From Candidatus Latescibacterota bacterium (GTDB taxonomy: Bacteria > Latescibacterota > UBA2968 > UBA8231): a stretch of DNA of 64,000 bases. This document shows, piece by piece, positions 16,734 through 25,772 of the stretch. The DNA lies in assembly GCA_965221775.1 (NCBI GenBank), contig CBDCSU010000005.1, positions 1,248,001 through 1,312,000 of the forward strand, written 5' to 3'. Made by a program: the position numbers and the translations under genes. Positions within the stretch are counted from its first letter, which is position 1, and each line of letters begins with the position of its first letter. Below the pieces are notes generated by a model. It saw only the letters and a program-made list of their open reading frames with translations, had not been told where the DNA came from and made no database searches.

Positions 16734-18458
16734 CTATGTTGACGAGCCAAGCAGGTTACGCAGCTTGGCGAGAATTCGGTCTCGTCGTGCCTCATAGAAC
16801 ACAATGAAGCCAGGGATATCCTCCGGGATCTCCTCAAGGTTTCCAAGATCATGAAGGGATACATACTCTATCGCTTTTGCCTTGGAATCAAAGGCACTAC
16901 TGATCCACTCCGTGGGCATCTTATCGCGCTTGCTCTGATTCTCGTTTCCAGCGAGAAGTTGCAGGTTTGGCAGGCGGTTCGCACAGTCCTGGAAGGTTTC
17001 GATGTCATCTTCGGCTACGCCCGCCCGCCTCAGTTTGCTGGGCGAGAACCGGCTCTTCGGAAATACGTGGTCGATATGGAAGTGGTTGTTTCGGAGATCC
17101 ACGAACGGGTACAACAAGGAAAGCAGCCCGAACGTGCGGTCTCCAGACTCAGCGAGGTCTTGGAGCTCTTCATCGACAAATGTCAGGATCTTGCCCTGGT
17201 CACGCATTGCTTCTTCCATACGGGCAACCGGGAACGCTTCACTGCCGTGCTCATCGATTACGCTCCGAAGCCGAGTGAGGAGCGTATCCAGACCCGCGCC
17301 CCAGATACCACGCTTAAGCAGGGATCGTATCAGCCAGCTTCGGATGGCCTCTCGGTCCTCTCGGTGTAGATCCCCGGACATCTTTCGCTGGTATACGTAG
17401 TGAGCGATGGGCAGAACCGCGTTGTCTGCCGTAAGGCTCTGCCGAGAAAAGCCGAAGTCTACGATCAGTCCCACAGCTGTGACGATCGCGTGCGTGATAT
17501 GATCCCATCTCTCTTCCAGACGTTGCATGTTGCGAGTGTTGAAGTTGGTTACCCTGAATCCGACACTCTGTATGCCAGCGAGCATTAGGCCTGCCTTCAG
17601 CACGAAGTCCCTGGAAAAGTTGAAGCCATCTCCGAGCCGGTTGATTTGGTCCACTGTACTGTGGATTGCCTCTCGGGCATCCCGTGTCCACTGGGCGATG
17701 GAGATGCTCATAAGTATGTCCGAATTGCTCAGGGGCGTACCGCCGCTGTTCGTGCGGACGAAGATGTCCAATACCTTGCCGACATCTTGTCCCTCTTCCT
17801 CATAGTAAGCGATGACTGGATTGGTGTGCACCATGCGATGAAGCCCATCGAGGACATCTAAGGCTTGGCTTTCGTCGCCCAGGTTCCTCTCGATCAAGAA
17901 TCGATGGAGATCGATGCCTCTGGCACTAAGTATGTCGCGGACACGATACCAATGGTGTGTTTTGTCGTTGTCCTTCGCCTCGTCCTCTGTGAGGAATTGG
18001 AAATCGTACTTCAATCCGTCTTCGTTCTCCTCCGCATCGGCAAGGATATTCAAATACAGATGTCTCTCGGGATAAGCATGGTCACTCTTTGCCGAGTAGT
18101 ATGGGAGTTTGTAGGCATAGCTCCCTCGCAAACCTATGTTCAGAGCGGTCAACCGCTGTTGGCCGTCCAATACCGCGACGATCTGTTCACGTGTGATCCG
18201 GCCTGTTCTCTGCAAACGCCGGTTGTCCTTCTCGTGATAGTGGAGCATGAAATCGTAGAACCTGTACTTCATGATGTCACGTTGGACCTTCCAGAATAGG
18301 AAGGACCCTATTGGATATCCGCGCATCAGGCTGTCAAAGAGCCTCTCAATCTGGTCAGTGGACCAGACCACCTCGCGCTGAATGTCGGGCAGCACGTACT
18401 TGCGCTCTTCGATAGAGCGCAGGGCCGTCATGATCGTGATAGGAATATGAAACGCCAT
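16734..18458 (-). CDS. DUF262 + C-terminal HNH (DUF1524-like) GmrSD-family restriction protein
   Basis: LPDIQREVVW, LFDSLMRGYPIG, LDGQQRLT, FVRTNSGG; HIDHVFP...NLQLL...NQSK. Confidence 0.88.
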   Translation of the reverse strand: MAFHIPITIMTALRSIEERKYVLPDIQREVVWSTDQIERLFDSLMRGYPIGSFLFWKVQRDIMKYRFYDFMLHYHEKDNRRLQRTGRITREQIVAVLDGQQRLTALNIGLRGSYAYKLPYYSAKSDHAYPERHLYLNILADAEENEDGLKYDFQFLTEDEAKDNDKTHHWYRVRDILSARGIDLHRFLIERNLGDESQALDVLDGLHRMVHTNPVIAYYEEEGQDVGKVLDIFVRTNSGGTPLSNSDILMSISIAQWTRDAREAIHSTVDQINRLGDGFNFSRDFVLKAGLMLAGIQSVGFRVTNFNTRNMQRLEERWDHITHAIVTAVGLIVDFGFSRQSLTADNAVLPIAHYVYQRKMSGDLHREDREAIRSWLIRSLLKRGIWGAGLDTLLTRLRSVIDEHGSEAFPVARMEEAMRDQGKILTFVDEELQDLAESGDRTFGLLSLLYPFVDLRNNHFHIDHVFPKSRFSPSKLRRAGVAEDDIETFQDCANRLPNLQLLAGNENQSKRDKMPTEWISSAFDSKAKAIEYVSLHDLGNLEEIPEDIPGFIVFYEARRDRILAKLRNLLGSST

Positions 18459-18939
18459 CTCAGTTAATCCTCCTCCCCGTTGCTGGACTCAAAGAGCTCC
18501 ATCTGTCGGTTGTCCCTGGCAAGACACACTCGATTTCCTCAAGTTATGATGCCGTGGCAGCCTCTTCACTCCCTAGTTCCTTGCCCATCTTTCCTTGCCG
18601 GAGAAGCGCTCCAGTACTCTGCTTTGGGAAGATAGTGGACTCTCCCCGACCCGCCAAGGGAAGGGAGCTACCCTTCCGCCGGCGCGGCGAGGATCGGGCC
18701 GGCGGCCAGGAGGCCGAGGACGAGGGCTCTCACTCGAACTTGACCCGCCGCTCTCCCCAACCCTCAGGGGTGACACCTTGCTGCCAAGCCATGGCCTTTC
18801 GGGCTCGGTGACCTGCACGAAGGCAATCAGGATGGTGTAGGTGTTGCCTCCCGGATGCCTTATTGGATCACCCAGCGAGGAGCGTCGGCCGTGCCCCACT
18901 TCCCCAAAGAACAGGGGAGTCAAGAGTGAGGATCTCCTG

Positions 18940-19213
18940 TTAGGCCCGGCCGAGGCTCACAAACCCGTCGCTGTTGACTTCCTCCGCCAAATCTTCAGCC
19001 AGATCTCCCTTCCAGTTCCAGGCCTTGCCGATGACTACCCGATTGAAATCGCGTTCAGCTGCCGCATCCTTGATGGACACTGTGAACTTCTCTCCCGTCT
19101 CCCTATCGAAGGCGAACACCTGCTCTCGCCCCTGGACAGTGACGAAGTATTGATGCACGGCGCGCGGCACGAAATGGGTGTATCCTGGCTTCTGGCGGCA
19201 CCTTTTTCTCCAT
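18940..19213 (-). pseudogene. Degraded DUF4238-like gene
   Basis: MEKKVPPEARIH then a +1 shift into HFVPRAVHQYF...VFAFDRETGEKF..SIKDAAAERDF (HHxVP N-terminal motif); early stop. Confidence 0.5.
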
Positions 19214-19286
19214 GGTCTCTATCGTTTCTCCGTTACCCAACCCTCAAACGGTACACTTCACTTCTCTCACATCTTGCGCAAGGTCC

Positions 19287-19736
19287 TCAACTGTCCGCCC
19301 TCAGACGTTCGTTGAGCTCCCAGAGGGCGGTCTGGTTGCTATCCCATGTCAGCAGCCGCATGGCTTCCTCAAAGGACGACCAAGTCACCTTGTCATGTTC
19401 ATGGGACAATCCAAGCTCTTGATCCAATACCTCAACGGCAAACGAGTACTCGGGAACCACGAGGAGGTCCTTCGGCCAGTGTTCTGTCGGACAGAACGCG
19501 GTCCTGGGGACGGATGCACGAGAGTCCAGCCGCAGGAACCGCGCCCCCTCGGCAATTCCCGCCTCCTCCGCCGCCTCACGCCGGGCGGCCTGCTCGGCCG
19601 TCTCGCCCTCCTCGGCGCCACCCGCGATGAACTGCCACATGGAGCCGTCCGCCCGATGGAAGACGGCAAACTGGTACCCGGCCTCCTCGCTCTCCCTGAA
19701 GGGTATCACGATCACCTGCAGTGGTTGCCTCGCCAT
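19287..19736 (-). CDS. NUDIX pyrophosphatase
   Basis: WQFIAGGAEEGE...ARREAAEEAGI, LSHEH. Confidence 0.9.
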   Translation of the reverse strand: MARQPLQVIVIPFRESEEAGYQFAVFHRADGSMWQFIAGGAEEGETAEQAARREAAEEAGIAEGARFLRLDSRASVPRTAFCPTEHWPKDLLVVPEYSFAVEVLDQELGLSHEHDKVTWSSFEEAMRLLTWDSNQTALWELNERLRADS

Positions 19737-19742
19737 TGCCAC

Positions 19743-20222
19743 TCAGTCCGAGAGACCCGCCTCCCTGGCATCGCGCACGATGGCATCTCTGTTCGCTTCG
19801 ATCAGCTGCCGCTGCTCCGGCCACAGAGTTTCGGGAAGTCCATCGATCGGAAACCAGCCCATCTCCCGGTGATTGTCGGTCTCGGTAGGCGTGGCGTCGA
19901 CCTGATCTGTCCGGAACAGGTAGAAGTGCATGACATTCCACCAGCGCCTGTCGAACGTCAAGCGTGCCACCACGCCGAGCTTCCTGATCAAGGTGATCTC
20001 CGACAGCCCGGTCTCCTCTTCGACCTCGCGCCTTGCAGCCGCCAGTAGACTCTCGCCAGGCTCGACCCCGCCCTTCGGCAGGACAAACCCCCGAATGTCG
20101 CCTTCGCGGGTGAAGGCGACGAAGGCCTGACCGCCCGATACACGGACAACGACCCCGCCGCTTGCTATGCGCTCAGGTGTACCCTCGGGGCGTTGATACC
20201 AGGACTCATCGATGTGGGTCAC
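19743..20222 (-). CDS. NUDIX hydrolase
   Basis: LPKGGVEPGE...AARREVEEETGL. Confidence 0.9.
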   Translation of the reverse strand: MTHIDESWYQRPEGTPERIASGGVVVRVSGGQAFVAFTREGDIRGFVLPKGGVEPGESLLAAARREVEEETGLSEITLIRKLGVVARLTFDRRWWNVMHFYLFRTDQVDATPTETDNHREMGWFPIDGLPETLWPEQRQLIEANRDAIVRDAREAGLSD

Positions 20223-20531
20223 TGTCGCTCCAGCAAGCGTGTCGGCGCCAGACCTGCTCTCCCCGAGGCCTAGCTCGACCTTGAGGGTAACCGCATCTCA
20301 CACCTGCATCAACTTCACAGCCCCGCTTCCCTGTTGCCGTGCGGGACACCCCTAAGTCCAAGGACCGCCCCCGCCGTCGCCGACCCCAAATTGAGCTCAG
20401 CGCTATCCTCAGGGGGAGGTGGCGGACAAGTAGACACCAAAGCGCTGTAACCGAAATTGAGCGGACATCGCCGGCACATGCAACCCACCTTCCTTGGATC
20501 CGGTGATGGAACCCCCCGACTCGATCCCGTC

Positions 20532-21617
20532 CTACAGGTGCTCCTTCTTGCCCCAGAGACGAGAGACAAACCCCTCTACCCCGTCCTGTACAATGTTGAC
20601 GTTGTCAGCACCAAAGAACGTTGAGTAGGAGGTCTCCGCCTCACAGTCTTCCTTCAGAACAACATCGATCTGTTTTCGTCGCATACTAGCAGTCTTGAGT
20701 TCGGCAACCTTGAGCAGGTGCTTAAACTCAAAATCGGCCTCGGGTAGTGAGTACCCAATGAAGATCCATCGCTGAGCTTCGCTGAGAATCCACTCAGCAG
20801 CCTGCCAAGTTGCAGCAAAGGCATGGGTCCGGTACGATTTCGCATACGAGAAGGTTGCAATGTGAGGGCCAACTGCACACTGACAGTTCCTGCAACAACG
20901 GTCCACGTCCGGGAGCCCGACTTCTCCATCGAAGGTGCTGTCCTGCAGGTTTTCCTCATACAACCGGAAATCGGCCTTAACTAGACCTGCCCGAATCTCT
21001 ACCGGAAGCTGCCTCGCCATATCGAAGAAAAGCATGTGGCAATTGTCACAGTAGGCCCAGTTTCCGGAGCCGTGAACCTTTGCGACCTTGACAAGCGGGT
21101 GAGGGGTGGGTGGGTTTGGGTTCCATGGATGCGCCCTGAATCCGTAATCGACTCCCATCTCAGTTAGTGACCTCAAGTGCGTCTCGAGAACGATATCCCA
21201 ATTCAAGACGACAAAACTGCATGAGGGATTCTCGGTGGAGACAAAGTGCTGGAGGAGCGTGGTCAGGCTTGCCTGCATCGCTTTGGGCGGCCGCAAAATG
21301 GTCAGGACTCGGTAGATCATCATTCGTCGTAGCGCTCGAAGTCGCTTTGGCTGAAACGGTCGCCCAAGGTTATGGCCATTGTTGGCGGAGAGGTCAAGCA
21401 TTGTAAACATCTCCTCCAGGGACGGCGGAGGGCTCCTTGGATCCCAGCCGAAGCAGTGGTCGAGGTACTCCCCTATTGCCCGGGTAATGGTTTGCTCTAG
21501 CTGGTTGGACTCTTGGTTCTCGATCAGTGCATTGGAGAGTTCACTTTGGAGAGGAAGTCCAGCTGCCTTAGAGAATCCGGCACCGAGTATCATCACTGTG
21601 TCACAGGTCATGGCCAC
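20532..21617 (-). CDS. SIR2-like domain protein (SIR2_2 type)
   Basis: ILGAGFS..AGLP, VLNWD, KVHGS, two Cys pairs, FIGYSLPEAD; lower GC than neighbours. Confidence 0.85.
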   Translation of the reverse strand: MAMTCDTVMILGAGFSKAAGLPLQSELSNALIENQESNQLEQTITRAIGEYLDHCFGWDPRSPPPSLEEMFTMLDLSANNGHNLGRPFQPKRLRALRRMMIYRVLTILRPPKAMQASLTTLLQHFVSTENPSCSFVVLNWDIVLETHLRSLTEMGVDYGFRAHPWNPNPPTPHPLVKVAKVHGSGNWAYCDNCHMLFFDMARQLPVEIRAGLVKADFRLYEENLQDSTFDGEVGLPDVDRCCRNCQCAVGPHIATFSYAKSYRTHAFAATWQAAEWILSEAQRWIFIGYSLPEADFEFKHLLKVAELKTASMRRKQIDVVLKEDCEAETSYSTFFGADNVNIVQDGVEGFVSRLWGKKEHL

Positions 21618-21686
21618 CTCCGAATTTCCATCGATAGAAAATGTGATGGTTCCATTGCGGTCTCTCTAGTCGGCAGGTCTGCGGAC

Positions 21687-21714
21687 TTGACCACGGGATC
21701 AGAATGGCTATATT
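21687..21714 (+). promoter_or_regulatory. Sigma70-like promoter TTGACC-N16-TATATT
   Basis: Consensus-like -35/-10 in an AT-rich patch. Confidence 0.45.
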
Positions 21715-21720
21715 GTATAC

Positions 21721-21874
21721 TTGTTGTTCGAATGTAGGCAACTCCCGGGCCTTCCTTCGGGAGGGTGACGGTCGAGGACCTATCTCGTCGGGGTCGTTTG
21801 TTGCCCCGACGGGATGGCCGGGTCTAATTGGTTGGATTTGGTACGCGGGCCCCTACGTAGGGGCCCGCGTTTTT
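21721..21874 (+). ncRNA. Candidate structured sRNA or leader
   Basis: C(UUCG)G hairpin 21750-21765, 12-bp hairpin 21782-21815, terminal hairpin plus U-tract. Confidence 0.4.
21843..21874 (+). terminator. Intrinsic terminator-like hairpin
   Basis: 28-bp perfect palindrome ACGCGGGCCCCTACGTAGGGGCCCGCGT followed by a T run. Confidence 0.55.
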
Positions 21875-22078
21875 CGAAGTTCTTTGGCTCTATTCCCTCT
21901 ACCTGCCGCCAAGGTGTCTAGGCGTCCACAGCCTTTGGACCCAGGATAGGCGCCAGGTCGGACGCACCTGCGATCCCTTGCCCCCACTGCGGACTGCTTC
22001 CCTACTTGGACCCCTTCCCCGAGCCCGCTGGCCTTCGGGGAGCTCTCGGTGGCAAGGAGATCATCAGGAGAATCCCCC

Positions 22079-22966
22079 ATGACCCAGCCCACCCTGCCGC
22101 CCCCGAAACGGATCACCGACGACCAGCGCGACTCGTACCAGAGGAACGGATACCTGCTGGTCGAGTCGTACATCCCCCCCGACGAGCTGGAGCAGCTGCT
22201 CGCCGCCACGGAGGAGATGGTGGAGCGCAGCCGCGCCGTCACCGTCTCGGACGAGATCTTCGACCTGGAGCCGGGGCACACGGCCGAGGCGCCGCGTCTG
22301 CGGCGGGTGTCGAGCCCGGTGGACCACCATCCCCTGTTCTGGGAGTTCGCCTCCAAGGGGGCCATCGTCGACCTGGCCGCCGACTTGGTGGGTCCCGATG
22401 TCCGCTACCACCACTCGAAGCTGAACTTCAAGTGGTTGGAGGGCGGCGAGGAGGTGAAGTGGCACCAGGACATCACGTTCTGGCCCCACACCAACTACAG
22501 CCCCCTGACGATCGGCGTGTATCTCACCGACGTGGGGCCCGACCAGGGGCCGCTGGCCGTGGTCGAGGGCAGCCACGAGGGCGAGTTGTTCAACCAGTAT
22601 GACGAGGACGACAACTGGGTCGGCTGTCTCAGCGACGAGGACGCGGCGCGGATTCCGGCGGACAGGGTGCGCTACCTCGAAGGGCCGGCGGGGTCGGTGA
22701 CGGTGCACAACTGCCGCGCCATCCACGGCTCGAAGAAGAACCTCTCCGCGCGGGGGCGGCCCCTGCTGCTCAACGCCTACTCCGCGGCCGACGCCTTCCC
22801 CTACACGTCGCCGGGCATCACCAGCCCCCACCTTGGCGACATCGTGCGCGGCCGGCCGGCCCGCTGGGCGCGCCACGATCCGCGGCCGTGCCTGGTGCCG
22901 CCGGACTGGTCGGGGGGCTACACCTCGATCTACGCCCTGCAGCAGGAGGAAGAAGAGGAGGGCTGA
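22079..22966 (+). CDS. Phytanoyl-CoA dioxygenase family protein
   Basis: SKLNFK, WHQD, GPLAVVEGSH, IHGS..N...R. Confidence 0.92.
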   Translation: MTQPTLPPPKRITDDQRDSYQRNGYLLVESYIPPDELEQLLAATEEMVERSRAVTVSDEIFDLEPGHTAEAPRLRRVSSPVDHHPLFWEFASKGAIVDLAADLVGPDVRYHHSKLNFKWLEGGEEVKWHQDITFWPHTNYSPLTIGVYLTDVGPDQGPLAVVEGSHEGELFNQYDEDDNWVGCLSDEDAARIPADRVRYLEGPAGSVTVHNCRAIHGSKKNLSARGRPLLLNAYSAADAFPYTSPGITSPHLGDIVRGRPARWARHDPRPCLVPPDWSGGYTSIYALQQEEEEEG

Positions 22967-22969
22967 CCC

Positions 22970-23845
22970 TCAGGGGAGGGCGCGGGCCAGCTTCTCCACC
23001 AGGGCCCGCAGCCGCTCCTCCCCCTGGTCCTCCGGGTCGCCTTCCCCGCCGCCGGCGGCGTCGTGGACGTAGCGGTAGACGTCGGCGGCTCCGGCGAACA
23101 TCTCCGGCGTCAGTCCCATGCTGCCGAAGGTGGCAGCGATCTCCTCCATCTCGCCGACCCAGCGACCCGCCTTCGACGGGATCCCCGGCAGGGACCGCCG
23201 GGTGTCGCCCAGGACCGCCTCCTGGCTGAGCTGCAGCTCCTCCACGAGAGCGTCGTAGAGGCCGAGCTTCGCCGCCGTCACCAGGGATTCGAGGTAGATG
23301 GCGTAGCGGCCCTTGGTCTGGGCGGCGTAGCACATCTTGAAGGCCGAGGCCTGGCCGATGTCGGGTCCCAGCACTCGCACGTCGAGACCATGGTCGCCGA
23401 GGACGGCGAAGCGCGCGGCGTGCTCCCCCGAGGCGTAGAAGCGGGTGATGCCGGGACGCTTGGGAGGGCCGCCGATGATGCCGGCGTCGACCGGCAGCCC
23501 CCCGGCGGCGGCGATGACCTCCGCCACTTCCCGCCCGGTTTCCGGCGCCACGGCGTTGCAGTCGACGTACACGAGGTCGGCGCCCGTGGCCTCGAGGGCG
23601 GCGGCCATGCGCCGGGCGGTGCTCACGGCCTCGGAGGGCACGAGGATCGACAGCAGCAGGTCGGCTCGCTCCACGAGGGCGGCATCGTCGGCCACCGCCT
23701 CGATCCCGGCCTCCCGGGCGCGGGCGGCGGTGGCGGGGCTGCGGCCTTCGAGGCAGGTGATCACCTCGGCCCCGTGCCGGCGTAGCACCCCGCCGACGAC
23801 GGCGCCCATCGATCCGGGGCTCAGCAGCGCGACGGTGGGCGCCAT
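22970..23845 (-). CDS. NAD(P)-dependent oxidoreductase (6PGD/3-hydroxyisobutyrate dehydrogenase-like, DUF1932 C-terminus)
   Basis: SPGSMG, VDCNAVAP, DAGIIGGPP, ASAFKMCYA, RWVGEMEEIA. Confidence 0.85.
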   Translation of the reverse strand: MAPTVALLSPGSMGAVVGGVLRRHGAEVITCLEGRSPATAARAREAGIEAVADDAALVERADLLLSILVPSEAVSTARRMAAALEATGADLVYVDCNAVAPETGREVAEVIAAAGGLPVDAGIIGGPPKRPGITRFYASGEHAARFAVLGDHGLDVRVLGPDIGQASAFKMCYAAQTKGRYAIYLESLVTAAKLGLYDALVEELQLSQEAVLGDTRRSLPGIPSKAGRWVGEMEEIAATFGSMGLTPEMFAGAADVYRYVHDAAGGGEGDPEDQGEERLRALVEKLARALP

Positions 23846-24786
23846 CAGTACCCCTTCTCCTTGTCGATGAGGCCCACCAGCGGTTCGCCGGCCTGGTAGC
23901 GGCGCAGGTTGTCGCACAACTGGTCGACGGCGCGGGCGTCGCGGGCCGGGGAGGCGCCGGCGGTGTGGGGCGTGAGGACGACGTTGTCCATCGTCCACAG
24001 GGGATGGTCGTCGGGCAGGGGCTCCACGGGAACCACGTCGAGACAGGCGCCGGCGATCCGGCCCTCGCGCAGGGCCTCGAGCAGGGCCTCCTCGTCGACG
24101 ATGCGGCCCCGGGTGACGTTGACGAGCAGGGCGTCGGGGCGCATGCGGGCGAAGGCGTCGCGGTCGAACATGCCCTCCGTCTCCGGCGTCAGGGGCGCGC
24201 ACACGGCCACCACCCGCGAGCGCTGCAGCAGGTCGTGGAAGCGGTCCATGGAGCCGCACTCGGAGACGCACTCGGGGACCTCCACCGGCTCGGGGTCGAC
24301 GGCGATCACCTCCATGCCGAAGGCGGCGGCGCGCACCGCCAGCTCGCGGCCGGTGCCGCCGAGGCCGACGATGCCCATGCGCTCGCCGTAGAGCTCGATG
24401 GAGGAGTCGCGGATCGGCCACTTGTCCTCCCAGGTGCGGGTGCGCGCGGCGCGGGCGATGCGCCGGCTCAGGGCCAGGAGCAGGGCCATGGCGTGCTCGG
24501 CGAGGTGGATGCCGACGAAGCCCTTGGCGCTGGTGAGGATCACGTCGCTGGCGCGCAGCTCCGGCGACAGCACCCCGTCGACGCCGGCGGCCGGCGCCTG
24601 GACCCAGCGCAGGGACCCGGCGCGGCGGAGCTCCTCGCGGGAGATGCCGCCGAAGACGACCTCCACCGAGGGCACGACCTCGGCCCGGGCGTCGTCCGTG
24701 GCCGGTTGCAGGACCTCCACCCCTTCGACGGCGCGGATACGCTCCACGAGATCGGCTTCGAGATCGCCAGGGACGAGCAGTTTCAT
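23845..24786 (-). CDS. D-2-hydroxyacid dehydrogenase
   Basis: GIVGLGGTG, VNVTRG, LDV.PVEPLP, TPHTAG. Confidence 0.92.
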   Translation of the reverse strand: MKLLVPGDLEADLVERIRAVEGVEVLQPATDDARAEVVPSVEVVFGGISREELRRAGSLRWVQAPAAGVDGVLSPELRASDVILTSAKGFVGIHLAEHAMALLLALSRRIARAARTRTWEDKWPIRDSSIELYGERMGIVGLGGTGRELAVRAAAFGMEVIAVDPEPVEVPECVSECGSMDRFHDLLQRSRVVAVCAPLTPETEGMFDRDAFARMRPDALLVNVTRGRIVDEEALLEALREGRIAGACLDVVPVEPLPDDHPLWTMDNVVLTPHTAGASPARDARAVDQLCDNLRRYQAGEPLVGLIDKEKGY

Positions 24787-24910
24787 GGGGGTTCCTCCTC
24801 TCGGCCGGTGGATTGAGCGGCGGCAATGTACGCCGCTCGGCGGCCACCGGCCCATCCCCTTTGACGCGCCGGACCGCCGGGCCTAGTCTGCGCGCCAACA
24901 GGAGGGCGAC

Positions 24911-25771
24911 ATGGCGGAACGCATCAACAAGGCGATCGAGCTGCTGGCGCAGGACCAGCCCGTGTACTATGCCAGCGCCCACGAGGTCGACTACGAGACC
25001 GGCCGGCAGATGGCCGGCACCCTGGCCGACTACATCAACGTCAGCATGGAGCACGGCGCCTTCGACATGCCGGGACTGGCCGCCTTCATGCGCGGTCTCG
25101 TCGACGGCGGGCCCACCGCCAGCGGCCACCGCACGCCGGCGGTGATCGTCGACCTGCCCCCGGAGGGCACGAGCGCCGCCGACATCCGCGCCAACGCCTG
25201 GGTCTTCAAGCAGGCCCTGGCCCGCGGCGTCCACGGCATCCTGCTGTGCCACGCCGAGGACCCGGAGGCGGTGCGCACCCTGGTGCAGGTCTGCCGCTAC
25301 GCCTTCCGCGGCGAGACCGGGGGCGCCCCCGAAGGCCGGCGCGGCGCCGGCGGCCAGGGGATGGCGGCCCACGCCTGGGGCGTCGACGTGGACGAGTACG
25401 CCCGCCTCGCCGACCCGTGGCCCCTCAACCCCGAGGGCGAGCTGCTGATCGGGCTGAAGATCGAGAACCGCCGCGCCGTCGAGCGCGTAGACGAGACCCT
25501 GAGCGTGCCCGGCGTCGCCTTCGCCGAGTGGGGGCCGGGGGACATGCACATGTCCTTCGGCCACATGTCGGCCGACCGCAGCTACTCGGAGGAGATCATG
25601 GAGGCGCGGCAGCGGGTCTTCGACGCCAGCCGCCGGAACGGCCTGTTCTTCCTCGACGGCACCGGCGGCCTGGTGGAGCGCATCGACGAAGGGGTGCGCA
25701 TCATCCCCGGCGCCGGCGAGGAGCAGACCCGCCTCGGACGGGCCCACACCGGGCGAATGATGCCGGTCTAG
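24911..25771 (+). CDS. HpcH/HpaI aldolase family protein
   Basis: MEHG, LKIE, WGPGDM motifs; AGGAGG RBS. Confidence 0.8.
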   Translation: MAERINKAIELLAQDQPVYYASAHEVDYETGRQMAGTLADYINVSMEHGAFDMPGLAAFMRGLVDGGPTASGHRTPAVIVDLPPEGTSAADIRANAWVFKQALARGVHGILLCHAEDPEAVRTLVQVCRYAFRGETGGAPEGRRGAGGQGMAAHAWGVDVDEYARLADPWPLNPEGELLIGLKIENRRAVERVDETLSVPGVAFAEWGPGDMHMSFGHMSADRSYSEEIMEARQRVFDASRRNGLFFLDGTGGLVERIDEGVRIIPGAGEEQTRLGRAHTGRMMPV

Positions 25772-25772
25772 G

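Noticed and set aside
8247-19745. In-frame TGA-GTG junctions (8250/8249, 16545/16544, 19743/19742) as readthrough or selenocysteine sites
   Set aside because: The flanking proteins are unrelated families, no SECIS-like hairpin was identified, and the ORF caller favours the first start after a stop
18738-20431. Imperfect inverted similarity ACTTGACCCGCC..CCCC (18738-18758) versus GGGG..GGCGGACAAGT (20412-20431) as transposon ends
   Set aside because: Several mismatches and indels, no transposase, no target-site duplication seen
21721-21874. Assignment of the candidate RNA to the c-di-GMP-I riboswitch or glmS ribozyme
   Set aside because: Only scattered short words (GGCAA, TGACG, TATC, GGATG) match; core consensus elements are missing
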